This document shows, in pieces, positions 25,200-39,587 of a stretch of DNA of 64,000 nt. A program made the translations under genes and the position numbers. Below the pieces are notes generated by a model. That model was given only the letters and a program-made list of their open reading frames with translations. It did no database searches and had not been told where the DNA came from. The DNA is from Octopus bimaculoides (lineage: Eukaryota), in assembly GCF_001194135.2 (NCBI RefSeq), contig NC_068984.1:135349388-135413387 (forward strand). Direction: 5' to 3'. Within the stretch, counting starts at the first letter, position 1. Each line of letters opens with the position of its first letter.

Positions 25200-26070
25200 A
25201 CATGATCTAAAAAATCAAGTTATGAACGAATGGCTGAAAATGAAAGAAACCAGTATTAATGAACGCGACACTATCCCAAAAATTCGCAATTCTAAGCAAA
25301 ACCTGAAAGTAATTGATAAAATCCGCCTTGCAAACAAGGATATAATTCCAGCTAATGATGTTGATATTACAGATCTCAACCACTTCTACTATGCACTCGC
25401 GAAAATCTCAACAATTCTATGTGTTGAAACGATTAGAAAACGACAACATTCCCACACAAAGCCTCCTTAGCAAGAGCGTATTCAACACCAAATCCAGCTA
25501 CTTAGGTCTGACATAGAATGTTAAAAAAACCTTAAGTTTCACAAGACTCTCAAACCAATAAACATCCGAAAATTGACGAAAACTATTATATGAAAACCAT
25601 ACTTAACATCGATACCAGCACAAAAACTATCAAGCAAAAGGTATGGGCGAACGCTGCCCTCATGCAAGGTATGAAAAGCGCGTTAGATTCTTCAAGGATA
25701 AAAACATGTTCAAAAATACCACCCCCCCATTTACAGGAAGATAGGGAGAACACCAGTTACAGTAAAGTCTGTCCCATCAAAAGACGTGCAGGAATTTTGG
25801 AATAAAATGTGGGCAGAAGAAAAAAAAACACACACAATGAAAAGACCCCTTTGATTGATAGAATATCTATAGACTTAGACCCCTTAGAAGAGCAAATGTG
25901 GGAGGGTATCAAGGTAAAGGATGTAAGATCTGCTCTCAGGAAGTCAAGAAAATGGAAGTCTCCGGGAAAGGATAAAATTCCTAACTTGTGGTTGAATGCC
26001 TGCCTACAGAGCTATGAGTTGCTAACAAACTTTTACAACAATGTTTCGCAAAAACCTTGTATATGTTGAC
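25200..26070 (+). mobile_element. R4/Dong-clade non-LTR fragment, region upstream of and entering the RT domain
   Basis: Frameshifted pieces ERDTIPKI...ITDLNHFYYA...KPP*QERIQHQIQLLRSDI, TIKQKVWA..., QEFWNKMW, and VRSALRKSRKWKSPGKDKIPNLWL (the W.SPG.D.I.N.WL RT N-terminal motif). Confidence 0.8.
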
Positions 26071-29000
26071 ATTTAAATCCTTACCGGTGAACCGCTGGGC
26101 TGTGCATTTCATTTCTCTGCATTTCAGTGTAGACTCCGGTCTCACCTTTTCAAAGAGATAAAAGTTTCCACACCAGACTACGGATCATCAAGTTTGTATT
26201 GAATGTGTTTGTAGGAGTGCTATATATTGGTGTTTGGTCTCGCTAATTATCGTTTTTCTTTTTAGGCTCGATTTGTTTCCCATGCTCGAAAGCAGAAGAA
26301 AATATTTATTTGAGGCGTAGGCGACAGTCTATTGAGCTTCCTAATGTCGTAGTTTGCTGATATCACTGGTTTATTCCTTACTGACATTGTTGGTTGTGGA
26401 TGATATGGATTTTTTTCAGTTTCCTGATTAATGTTTGGATATAAGTTCCTGATATTCCAGAGCTGTATTCGTTGCCGCTATTGGACCAGCAAACATTGTC
26501 ATGGCTGTGTCTACCGTTCTTTTCTTTCTTGAATTATCCCCAAATCATTATCACATAGCACCTTTGTTATTTTACCCCAAACTAATCACCATTTCATGCA
26601 TTTTATCAGAATTAATTTCAAAAAGCACAAAAATAATGAATAGTTTTGTGCGTTATTGCATATTTAAATCCATATCGAATATTATGTAGAGATATAAAGG
26701 TTTATTTTTATTCATCGTTTTTTAGTTTTCATCGACTGATAATTAGTTACGTTTCACGAGGATGACATAATCACGTTATACACATATATATATATAATGC
26801 GTATATGTGTGCATGCATGTATGATATATGTGTCTACACGTACGCGAGAGTTGATGAAACCAGATGAACCCTATTAAATAGTCATTCAGAAAATTCTCGC
26901 ACAAGTTGTGGTTTCATCTAATTAAACAAAATTAGGCAGCACAATTGTTTCACCCATATATTAATATTCTCCAGAAGCTAGAACCAAGCAATTCAGTAAG
27001 AGTCACATATTGGTTTCATTAAGAGGCATCATTAATTATATACTGCAACATTTATGACCAGTACAGTTAGAAATGATATACCAGAAAATAATTCTTGTTG
27101 TGAATGCTTTATTCGAAATATGGATAAAAACACGAGTCTTGGATGTTACTGGCAGGCAACATTGCGGAAGATCGTTTGAATATGATGTTAATTATCAGCA
27201 TATATGCTTGACTTCTTAGCTCAACAATTACAAAGTTTATGTTTGAAATTCTTTGTAAATTACGAGGAAAATTATGATCGCCATTTTAATTGTTTAACTA
27301 TAATTTGTGTTTTCTTTATTTCGGTTAATTATCCTTTGTTTTTCTGTGTTATCAATACTAAACAAGATGGATGTTCAATATTATAATTGTTCTTACCATA
27401 AAAGTTGTAATGTTTGTCTGTCTTTGTTGTTTTATTAATTTAGTCTGTTGATGTATTGACGGAGTTGATGATGAATAGAGTGTATTATTTCCTTTCCTCA
27501 GTATTTTACGTAAGAAACAATCACAAAAACAAATGTATTTGAACTATTTGTGAAATATACTTTTGTGCATACCCAAAAGATACTGTACTGTTTCATCAAT
27601 ATATATCAATATATATCAAAATTACCTACACATAAAACATTTTATTTCATAGCTCTTTCATCAGAACAAACTTGGTATTATAGTTGCTTTTATTTTGATT
27701 GTTGTATTTATTACAGTATGTTCTTTAGAGCATTATTATAATTTACTTTTCTTTAAAAGAAAGGAATGTGTAATGAATATTTCATCACGGCTACGTGTCA
27801 TAATTAGAGGACATCGTATATTGATTCGTTTATCCTTTCTGTTTTTTTTTTATTTTTATTTATATTGTACATCTCTATAATTCCCCAACATTCATGCACA
27901 CATCATTATTTATATCCGGTCAATAAGTACGTATAGAGCATGTGATCATATGATAAAAGAGAAACAAAATGATAGAAAAGGAAAGGAGAGAGAGAGAGGG
28001 TGAGAAACAGAGAATAAGAGAGGAAAAAATGTTCAGTATCTAGTCATAGTCAGCAAGAGACAGAGAGAAAAGAGAGGGAGGGAGGGAGAGAGACAATGAA
28101 AGACACAGAGAGAGAGAGAGAGATAAATTGTGGTAGTGAGAGGTCTGAAATATAGATCGACAGTTAATGTACATAAAAATAGCATTAATAGAAACCTCCA
28201 TTATATTCCTGCAGGCTTGAACAAACTGCACAGACTCTTTACATACAGGAGCAGACAAACAGAGAAACTCAAGAGAGACGCGTTTTACAAAAGCACACAC
28301 TGACAACGAGTCAAACACATTACTCAATGCGAGCACGCACATTCTATATATATATATATNNNNNNNNNNNNNNNNNNNNNNNNNNNNNNNNNNNNNNNNN
28401 NNNNNNNNNNNNNNNNNNNNNNNNNNNNNNNNNNNNNNNNNGTGTGTGTGTGTGTGTGTGTGTGTGTCTGTGTGTGTGTGTGTGTGTATGTACGCCGAGA
28501 GAGTGAGAGGAGATGAAGAGACCAAAGGAGACAGAGGGAGAGAAAAAGACAAAGAGAGAGGGAAACAGACAAAAAGAAATCCTGCAATTGTATTTTATAC
28601 TTAAATGCATTCTCAATGCAACTACTTCTGCATTCGCCATTTCGTATTCACTTCATTATTAATCATCTCCACACAAGATTACATAATACACAGACTATAT
28701 ATACGTATAATCATATGTATATTAACAGACATATGTATACATTTATCTATATTAATGTAAACACATATATGTACACACACACATACGCACACGCACTCAC
28801 ACACACACACACACACACACGCACCCACACATATATATATATATAAATAGATAGATATATATCACGTCAGGCTGGAGATGGAGAAGATGACTTTCCGTTG
28901 CAAATACTGATAGGGCACAGAAAGTGTGTCAATAGCCAGCTGGAGGAGATGTCTTCCTGGGGCTACAAACTACAGTAGCATCAGCCCTTAAGTGTTAGCC

Positions 29001-29289
29001 ACATTTAGGTTAGGTGGCAAATATACTTCACGATGTCGTGCAGCTACTGTTTATACGTCGCTCAGAAATTTAGTAAATATATATATATATATANNNNNNN
29101 NNNNNNNNNNNNNNNNNNNNNNNNNNNNNNNNNNNNNNNNNNNNNNNTATATATCTATATATATATATGATGTTGTATATGTATTTTGGACAAAGAAGAC
29201 AGTCCTTTTCTCCAAGCGTCTACATGGTTTAAAGTTATGAATAAATAGAAGACCATGAAATGATAGCTTTGTCAAAAGATTGTGTGGTG

Positions 29290-30140
29290 ATATCGAAAAG
29301 AATCAGAGGTATATCGGAAGACCAGAAAGCCTGTACACTATGTAATGCACAAACGGATCCTTTCAATACAGCACGATATTCTGATAGGAGTCGTTCCTCT
29401 AAATACACGCCACCCCATTGTGAAGGTTGGATAAGATTTTATGGCGTTGGAGGCCTACCTTTCTTGTCTGAATAGCTATGTGGAAGCGACTAGTAGAACT
29501 CGGATTTCTGAGATATTTCGCAGATATTCCTGAGATATTCCTAAAACGGTATTTTCAGTCACCCATCTAAATCTTCTTATCGGTTGTGTCAAAATTGAAG
29601 CACGGTGCGTGTTGCTTACTGAGATTGACGGCGTCTGCATGCCGCAATTCATCCAACATTTGAACGACGCGTTAGGCTCAAATCAGGCGGTTTTGTGAAG
29701 ATACTGGACACTGTGATTTGAACCTGGCTGGAGAGGGTTGCTGCTGGAAGGCCGTATGCGTGGCAGTAGGACTATGCTCCTTTCTCCTGGAAAGGGTCAG
29801 GTGGGTGCTGCTTTCAAATTCCTTTAGTTTCAATTCCAGGGAATACCATGTGTGGAGCGCTGTTGAGAATGGCACCAACTACTCTTTCTGCAACTCCAAC
29901 ACCTAGCCGATAGCCAAGATCAAGACGATCATAGATCTTCCCAGAAATACAGTGAGAAAAGCGTGAATCTGGTTTCGGAGGACGTAGTGTAAGCTAAAAC
30001 TGGCTACATACAGTAAACTGTTATCGCATAGCCATAATCTAGTTCATGTCTCGATTTTACTAATACCCTTATTTTTAAGTGGAATAATGTGTTGATTTTT
30101 CCTTTAATGCAAACAATCAAATTCTGTCAGAAAACCCTAT
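29290..30140 (+). mobile_element. Degenerate DD37D-like Tc1/mariner transposon
   Basis: GWIRFY and WLERVAAGRPYAWQ*DYAP, then YHVWSAVENGTN; homologous to the 39588 copy. Possible right end AAAACCCTATA near 30138. Confidence 0.7.
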
Positions 30141-30195
30141 AGTAGTGTTGGTAGTAGTAGTAGTAGTAGTAGTGGTAGTAGTAGTTGTGGTAGTC

Positions 30196-30241
<46 letters not shown>

Positions 30242-30295
30242 CGGCAGCAGCTACAGTAGGTGTAGTAGTAGCAGCAGTAGCATCAATAGTAGTAA
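30140..30295. repeat. (GTA)n microsatellite
   Basis: Direct reading. Confidence 0.95.
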
Positions 30296-30366
30296 GTCTC
30301 CACTTGCTTATTACTTTTGTACTAGCTCACTTATCGTATATAAATATACATATATTTGTATGTGTA

Positions 30367-30397
<31 letters not shown>

Positions 30398-33300
30398 ATG
30401 TGCATGTATGTATGTATGTATGAATCAGATAATACTGCCGTAGCTACAGTAGAAAAGACTGACTGAAAAATGTATACCTGAATAAATGATTGAAATAGCA
30501 TATATATGAATATTCAACTAAGTTTGAGAGATATTAATTTTCTTTCGGTCAGGATCCAATTGTGAATAGAAGTAGCCCGATGCCACGGATGTGAATAGCT
30601 GCATTATTTGTCGTAGTTAGATTATGTAAGAAATAACAACTATCAGGTTTGAAATATTTCCTATCCTAAAGGAAGAATTCTGATATCCGGGTTGTGACAC
30701 GGCGATGGCAATATTGTGTATGAATTATCATCACGTATTGTGACGCATAACATCTGTAGCCATATGCACGCTTTATATTGTGCTATTCATCAAGTATACA
30801 GCAATGTATTTATGCGTGAGGGGTTAGAACGATTCTGCTCCTGAAATAGACTACATCGTTTGAAGATCACAGATCGGAAAAGTAGAGTATTTGCGGCGTA
30901 AGTTGTTTATTATCTGAATGCGTGCTCTCTCTGTGTAAACATATTGAGAAAAGAGAAAGCAGATGCAAATCGATCTGAGGAAACTGAAGTCAAATAACTC
31001 GTTACTGTACATGTTGAAATGTATGCGTTTTAGCTGAGATCTTATGAAACTCATAGCTCATATGTTGCGGAAAACGTTGGCACACGATGAGGCTCTGGGG
31101 AAACAGTAAGAGAAAATTACGCGGTACCCAAATTCTAGATTTTCATATGAAACAGACAAAAAATGTCATGTCATGAATAAACCTACGGAACTCTTATCGA
31201 AATTCAATTCGAGAGAATAAGGAAGATTGTCACCAAATATTCCTTTTGTATCGTAAGGAGATTTCTGTCTTCAGAAAGCGTTAGGGCCGGGTCACCGTTT
31301 GATGATAACGCTCTCTTGTCCTTGCAACAATTTCAGAGATGTTCAAACATTAAAGGATGGTACTTGCTGTTTTCACCTGCTGATTAAACTCTACCAAATA
31401 TTAGGCTTCACTTTATCACGAGAGACCTGCAAGTGCGGTGAAATATTCAAAGGGCATGTAGAATGAATAAACTTACCTGGAATCCGCATACGCAGTTTGT
31501 AACTCGTATGTATGCCTTTTGGGTTTCCGTATGTATGTATGTATGTATGTATGTGTGTATGTATGTATGCATGTATGCATGTATGTACGTACGTACGTAC
31601 AAACAGACATATGTTTGTATGTATGTATGTATGTATGTATGTATGTATGTATGTAGAGATCTAGTAAATATACTTTCGCTTTCGTTTTCGTTTACGTTAA
31701 AAATATTGCTTGACAACCGTTTCCTCACATTTCAAAATCTATACCACAAGAGGAAATCATGACAAAGCTCAGTGAATGAAATATTGCCGTTTAGTATTTA
31801 TCCAAATACGGAATAGTTAAGTAATTCCGTTTTTATACATCTCTATGCCAGAAACCAGGTTGCATAAATAACAAGTTAGAAAACAAAAATTACAAGAAAC
31901 AATCACATTTTTCACTGAATCAAACTGGAGCGCCATATGTATGTGTATCTTGATTTAATTCTTTGGCATTTCTTAGAATTTCGCATTATCCTATTATTAC
32001 TTCGTCCATTTAATATGAAATTGCTTTATTTCTTTACAGTATCTATACATAAATTTCTTATATCCATAAATATTTATATATTCGCAGATTCTCTATTCGC
32101 TGTCCAGCATAATTGATATTATCATTCTGTTTAACAGAAACCATATATCTGTTCACACGCTCAGCGTCATATATTCTCATCGATTCTCTTTTACAAATTA
32201 AAATTAATGCAGTCATTTTCACACTTCATATTCCGTTGTTTTCATTCTGTTTTTATTAATAAAGTGCCAACAGCTTAACAACTTTTGTGTTCAGGTGCTA
32301 CAAAGCTAAAGAATATATGTATAGATCTTAGCCAGCACTAATATAGAGAAATGTGTAAACGTCTTGGTTCCATATAGAGTTTTTTCATACTTAAAAGAAC
32401 AGTTTTCATACTGAAAAGAACCTGTCTACTGATTCTGTGAATGATTTGTTTATGCGTTAAGAGTGTCTATTTGAAACGTTACATTGTATATGTCTGGAGG
32501 TTATACTATAACAGTATACTTATAAGCGTCTTTGCATTACAACACAGATAAACGTTAGCTAGAGCATGTTTTAGTGATTTTAAAATGCATTGCAACCCTC
32601 ATGCTTGAGAACTTGTTGTAAGAGCAAGATGATCATCAGAGATATGTTTTGTTGGTCCTTCGATTACTCTTGAATGATGGCCGGGCCTTTGCCTTAGATG
32701 TGGAAAAAAAACTTCGTTTCAGGATGCAAAAGAAACTGAATACAACATCAATGTAGATGAAAGCATCTGACAATTAGTTCCTGTGATGCACACAAGAGGA
32801 GGCGATCAATGATTTAAAGCTTATTTCCTCCTATTTTTATCCTCCTATTTAGTAGGAAAAATTCCCTTACACACAATATGGAATGACTATAACAAAACAT
32901 GGCAAGAAATTATTTGAAGGTTAAAATCGATTCCTTTCTCCATGGCGTGTGAAGTGAGTATTAGTGCATACACCGCGATCATAAAAAATGATTCAAGATC
33001 TCCTTCATAGTACATGCCTCATTCTTCTCTTTAGAGATAAGCTTATGGTATGGGACCACTATCAATGAGGACATTTATTGTTACATATTCTTACTAATAC
33101 ATATCTATCCCTACTAAAATTGTTGAGCACGAGCAAGTGATATCCTCTCGGCAAATGCTTAGGATCACGAGATATTAGATGTTTTAAATACGCAGACACA
33201 CAAACACATGTACATACGTGTATGTGTATGTGTGCATGTGCGTGTATGTGTGAGTGTTTGTGAGCGCGCGAACGTGTATGAGAGTTCAAACAACAAGCAT

Positions 33301-33744
33301 AAGTTGCTCAATCATAATTCACCTTGAAATGCCGTTTGAAATAGAGGAATTATTTAAATTTTATACAACAGCTTTACAGAGAGCATTGAAGGCAATGAAG
33401 AACATGTTTTGATTGAACATCTCCAAATTTATATGTGAATATTAATGTGAAGAATAAACATTGTATGTATTTATGTATGTATGTACATATATATATATAT
33501 ATATATATATANNNNNNNNNNNNNNNNNNNNNNNNNNNNNNNNNNNNNNNNNNNNNNNNNNNNNNNNNNNNNNNNNNNNNNNNNNNNNNNNNNNNNNNNN
33601 NNNNNNNNNNNNNNNNNNNNNNNNNNNNNNNNNNNNNNNNNNNNNNNNNNNNNNNNNNNNNNNNNNNNNNNNNNNNNNNNNNNNNNNNNNNNNNNNNNNN
33701 NNNNNNNNNNNNNNNNNNNNNNNNNNNNNNNNNNNNNNNNNNNN

Positions 33745-33777
<33 letters not shown>

Positions 33778-33799
33778 GCACACATAAATGTATATGTAA

Positions 33800-33950
33800 A
33801 ACAGTGGCAAGTAGCTTGCTCAGTAAGCACAAAGTTCCAGGTTCAGTGCCAGTGCGTGACAGCTTGGACAATTGCCTTTTACTATAGCCTCGTGCCAACC
33901 AAATCCTTCTGGGTGGATTTGGTAGACGGAAACTGAAAGAAGCCCGTCGT
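33800..33950 (+). mobile_element. CORE-type SINE 5' part
   Basis: GGCAAGTAGCTTGCT...CCAGGTTCAGTGCCAGTGCGTGAC...GATTTGGTAGACGGAAACTGAAAGAAGCCCGTCG. Confidence 0.8.
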
Positions 33951-33956
33951 ATATAT

Positions 33957-33991
<35 letters not shown>

Positions 33992-34231
33992 CATACACGC
34001 ATAAAACGCACACACACACACATATATATCCATTAATATAGACAACCATCTCCGTATGCATGTGTACGTGTGTTGGAATCTTGCGTTGTACCACATCACT
34101 ACTCTGAGGTCTTCACTTTGTGCGACAGTTTAAGCAATGAAAATATAATTCACTTCATCTTTCTATACTGCAATTGACTTGAGATTTTTTTCCCGTTTGT
34201 ACATTCAACACCTGTCACACTCCATTCACTG

Positions 34232-34310
<79 letters not shown>
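34232..34310. repeat. (CTAT)n tetranucleotide repeat
   Basis: Direct reading. Confidence 0.95.
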
Positions 34311-34312
<2 letters not shown>

Positions 34313-35086
34313 TAGTCTATCTGTTTTTTTTTTGTTTTTTTTTTAAGTTTCAGCTTAGAGTTGCGGCCATGCTGATGCACATTCATATGTGTATGTGTAT
34401 TTCGTTTACTTGTTTGTATGTACGTGATCGAGCTTTGGAGTGTTTGAGCGTCTCGGCTTCTATGTGTGTTGTCTGTGGCGCGCGCGCGCAATTCTAAGTG
34501 GTACTTTTTTTGCACGTTTCTTAAAGTTCTATTTTTTAACGATTAATCATAAGAAATAATTGCTTCTAATTATTGCCAATCCTAGCTTGTTTCAATTTGA
34601 ACATTGAAGCATTGTTATCTTATTTACTTGCATGACTGAATTTATAACTTTTTTTTTATTTTGGTTTGTTTCAGTTTTTATCAGTGGGAACAGAAGATTT
34701 AAAAGTGTTGTGCTGCAAGAGTTCACAAGACACACCATTTTGATAATATTCGAATATCCAATATATTAAAAAAAAAAAAGTCTATAGTTAATATAGCAAT
34801 AAATGAATAAACAAAACATGACTCACCAGCATTATGTATGTCAGGTACATATGCTTTGATAGTTTCGTTAGTATTTTCATTACGGCTGCAAGCTAATTAA
34901 TCGCACGAATGGTCAGGTGGTATTTGCAGAGTCTATACNNNNNNNNNNTATATATATATATATATATATAAGGATGTATGTAGATATATACTCACACTCT
35001 CACACATACGTTCACACACGAACTCATAGACATATATATACATGGATACACACACACACACTTATATACATGCACAGATTTATCTA

Positions 35087-35415
35087 TATATTGGGTCATC
35101 CTATAAAAAATGTGAATTTTTATACTTGTATTATTTTTCAAAATTAAAATAAACAAATTTTTTTTTTTCAATCTAAAATATACATTTTCTACGAAGACCT
35201 TCCATCTATCTCTCAAGGCTCCTCTTACAAAATTTACTTGTCTGTGACGAAAAATCACTCATCCAATACTGTTCTGACCTTATCGAAAGAATTCATATTT
35301 TCTCCGCCCAAATGAATTTGAAGACTGCTGAATAAATGGTGATCAGGAGGGGCAATATCCGGTGAATATGGTGGTTAATACTTTGTTTCCCATTGAAACT
35401 GCTCCAGGCTTTGGA
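35087..35415 (-). mobile_element. Mariner (DD34D-type) transposase 3' end with terminal repeat
   Basis: Minus-strand pieces resemble the mariner C-terminus (P..PD..P..HLF...; FSSQTS.F...; LRDRWKVFVEN). Terminus TA-TTGGGTCATCC at ~35087. Confidence 0.65.
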
Positions 35416-38160
35416 ATATCATCCTCTAATTAATGTAGTATATATATATATATATATATATATATNNNNNNNNNNNNNNNNNNNNNNNNNNNNNNNNNNN
35501 NNNNNNNNNNNNNNNNNNNNNNNNNNNNNNNNNNNNNNNNNNNNNNNNNNNNNNNNNNNNNNNNNNNNNNNNNNNNNNNNNNNNNNNNNNNNNNNNNNNN
35601 NNNNNNNNNNNNNNNNNNNNNNNNNNNNNNNNNNNNNNNNNNNNNNNNNNNNNNNNNNNNNNNNNNNNNNNNNNNNNNNNNNNNNNNNNNNNNNNNNNNN
35701 NNNNNNNNNNNNNNNNNNNNNNNNNNNNNNNNNNNNNNNNNNNNNNNNNNNNNNNNNNNNNNNNNNNNNNNNNNNNNNNNNNNNNNNNNNNNNNNNNNNN
35801 NNNNNNNNNNNNNNNNNNNNNNNNNNNNNNNNNNNNNNNNNNNNNNNNNNNNNATATATATATATATATAGTGAGTTTCAGTATAATTCAATGAATGTAA
35901 GAGTTATAGGAGAGTTTCTTTACATTTTGAAAATTTCTTTTTCAGTTGCTGCAGTAATTGGACATGCTTATATATAATGTATGTCGCAGAATCTCTAAAT
36001 TGCTCAGGCTTGTATTACATTGTTATCACGGGAGAGAATGCGAATCAATCACGTGAAGTTGTTAGGGGGAAAAAAAACGTGATAATCAATTACATGAAGA
36101 ATATTTTTGAATGCAGTTTTGTAATGCAAGAACAAAAAAAAGTTTCCTTGTAAGTGTAGTCGAATCCGAGACAATCTAAATTGTGATAAACTATTGAGGA
36201 GTTCGTCTTCCAATTTCTTGACAACAATTTTTTAAAATATTTTATCACAAATTCAGAAGGCTATTACGGGGTTTTTGAAACCAAAAAAAAAATCCAATAT
36301 GGATATTTTTCTTTAACTATCACAATCTTTACATACTTTTATCCGTTAACGCCTAATATGAATTTCTCTACAATAACCCAATTAATTGTGTGTACCTATT
36401 ACTTTCAGATCCGTGATGCAGCTTCCTAGCTTTGGAAAGATTGGAAAATGAATTTTCGAAGTCACGTGCACAGTATTTGTTTTAATGATTTCTGTCGGTT
36501 GTTTTATGTGGTGGAATAGAGGTGACCTTATCTTTGTACACGAATGAACTAATATTGCGTGCTCGATTTAGTGTGCAAGTATATTTGTTCTGTTCTTACT
36601 GTTGCAGTTTGCCGGTGGATGCCTTGCGTAGTTAACCTGAAATTATGCTTTCTTTTTAAATTAGAACCACAAATCTAGAATATTTTCATGGAGAATGTCC
36701 ATCGCTATCACAGAAAAGGCCAGTGATTTTATCTAGAGTATTATCAACAATGAAAGAGCAAGGGAGATTGAAACATAACATTTTCCTGGGTCTGATTTTA
36801 CAATTGTGTTGATGGTGTCGGAGAGTATTTTATCGTTGGTCAATGTACTATCAGAGTGGAGTACATGGCGCAAGTGCACACACGAAGAGGTCACAGACAC
36901 GTGACGAAATATTTTGCGTACAATGTACATGAGTTAAAATAAAAATAATAAAGAAATAAGAACAGTAATAAACGAGTAAAGAACAAATATACAGTGTGTG
37001 TGTTTCTTTGGCAAAATAAATGACCATCCCGAAATACAATATCTGTTTTAACACGTTTTCACATTAGGAATCTTGCAACATAAACAAACGCACACAAACA
37101 CACACACACACATGCACACACACACACGCACACACACACGCACACACACATATAGCTGCTACTACTACTACTACTACTACTACTAACTTTATTTTCATCT
37201 TTGAACCGGCCGCAACCTATATGCTTTTTTTTTACCCCACTGCGCCAGATACCCTACTCTTTCATTTGCTACAGAACGTTCTCAATATGAGGCTGCGTTT
37301 CACTGCTAAAAACGCCAACGTATTTGAGATTATTGCATCATCTTTTGTGATGCAAAGGTTTCTAGAGTATAACGTTATGAACATCTTTTATAACCTATTG
37401 TCGTACTTGATAGTCACGGCCTGCCATCTCCACATGAATACCATAGAGATGTTTGAAATATGTCCATGAATATTCTCTTTGGTCTTTTGCTCATAGCATG
37501 ATTGGTATTGATCGTCTTGCTGCTGAGAAGTTTGGTATTTCTACCACCTATATAGTCTTGAAGATACTTCTTCATATATTCGGTGCCGGCTCTGTAGAGA
37601 CAAAACTATTCTACACATACCTGGAGGCTACTCTCGTGACTTTGCAAAATCATGTCTACCAGGTGTTTTCAAATTTGTTACAAGCGTGCTACGTTTAATC
37701 ATACTCTGTCAGGAGGTATTGATTACTGTTCGCAACGTATTAGCTAAGGCACCACAAGTCAGTTATTTGCTGGAGTTATATACTGTTATTGAACAAATAT
37801 CAGATGGCTTTCATCCTAATATATGGTTATACGCTTAGTTATCGTTGCGATTCAGAAAAGGAACCTCCTTGGCTGAAGCATTATCAGCTTTTACAGGAAT
37901 TTATAAACACTTGTATAGTGTGATTTGAGGTACACACACTACGCATGAAATACTGTTCACTTCATCTGTTCATTTCAGTTGCTTTTATTTTCGTTAGTTT
38001 TTCAACTGAAAATATCTATAAGCTCTGTTAAGTTGAATTGCACATGCTCATCCATGAGCACGAAAGATTCAGTGGTGTGTGAGTTGTAGCAAATGCATGT
38101 GATGTTTGAAAGGAAATGGGTCTATATATGAAGACGCGAGGAAAAACAAGTGATACTTAC

Positions 38161-38208
38161 CCTCACTTACAGTGGGAGAACGAAAGTGAAAATTGATCAC
38201 GCGATCGA
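38161..38208 (-). other. Candidate exon using a (CT)n microsatellite as polypyrimidine tract, with two tandem GTAAGT donors
   Basis: (CT)n...ctctcag|TCGATCGCGTG...CCCACT|gtaagtgagg|gtaagt; donors at 38170 and 38160; (GA)n on the plus strand at ~38211-38315. Confidence 0.3.
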
Positions 38209-38236
38209 CTGAGAGAGTGAGAGAGAGGAAGAGAGA

Positions 38237-38305
<69 letters not shown>

Positions 38306-39122
38306 GATAGAGAGACTATGATGTGGAAATACCAAAACCAACTGTTACATTATAGCAGCATTCTAGAACGAACATAAAATCTATAGCAAAACTAATGAAG
38401 TTGAGAGGAAGGCAAAACCATTATAGAAAAATTACTTTAACTAGAATGTGTGTGACACTAATAACGTCAAGATCTGAAAAGTTATTCGTTTTAACTAGAT
38501 TTGCCATCACTGAATGACGGCAAGTGACGTTGACGAAGATGTGTTAAAATTGCTGGGAACAATGCGTACAAAATAATTTCTCATACCTCAAAGATGTCCA
38601 TCCACAAGCTGGTTCCTCAAGCAATTGTTATTTCAAAAGCGCCTTTATAGTTCTGTCGATATATAGATACTAGACATTTTAGCAAAGCTGCTTAGTTTCG
38701 CTGTTTTGTGAAAAGAAAAGTGCATTAAATGTGGACAGTAATGTGAATTGAAGATTGAAATTGGCGTGGTCAATTTTCTAATCAAAATACGTATGTAGTC
38801 TCTATGATGGTAATTGTTTATGGGAGAAGTAACTGCATTTGCTTGCTTGAATAGAGTTGTCATAAGGAAGAATATGTCAGTCAAGTAGTTTATAAAATAC
38901 ACAGATTTGGAAATAGCAGAAAAATGGTTTTGAATGTTGGTGATAATGTATAGGTATTTCAAATTATAAATACACACGCACACACAAACACTCACACACA
39001 CACACACACACACAGACCACACACACACACACACGCATGTACGCAAACACACATTCATACACATATATATCATATTTTTGTGAGCGGAGTGTATGTGAAT
39101 TGGTCTATACATACACACACAG

Positions 39123-39189
<67 letters not shown>

Positions 39190-39241
39190 NNNNNNNNNNN
39201 NNNNNNNNNNNNNNNNNNNNNNNNNNNNNNNNNNNNNNNNN

Positions 39242-39278
<37 letters not shown>

Positions 39279-39517
39279 TAGATAGATAAATAGATAAATA
39301 GATAGAGACATAGATAGATAAATAGACATATATATGTTTAAATATATGTGTGTGTATATGCATATATATGTGTGTGTATATTTATATGTATATATTTGTG
39401 TGTGTACACACACACACACACATATATATATACATATATATNNNNNNNNNNNNNNNNNNNNNNNNNNNNNNNNNNNNNNNNNNNNNNNNNNNNNNNNNNN
39501 NNNNNNNNNNNNNNNNN

Positions 39518-39548
<31 letters not shown>

Positions 39549-39587
39549 GTATATATATGTAGATACAAATACGCACACACACATATA

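Noticed and set aside
37440-37700. Donor CAG|gtatgt (37620) and acceptor tctctacag (37592) with frame AGTEYMKKYLQDYIGG...
   Set aside because: The implied intron is only 29 nt and neighbouring frames carry stops; possibly a decayed LINE. Unresolved.
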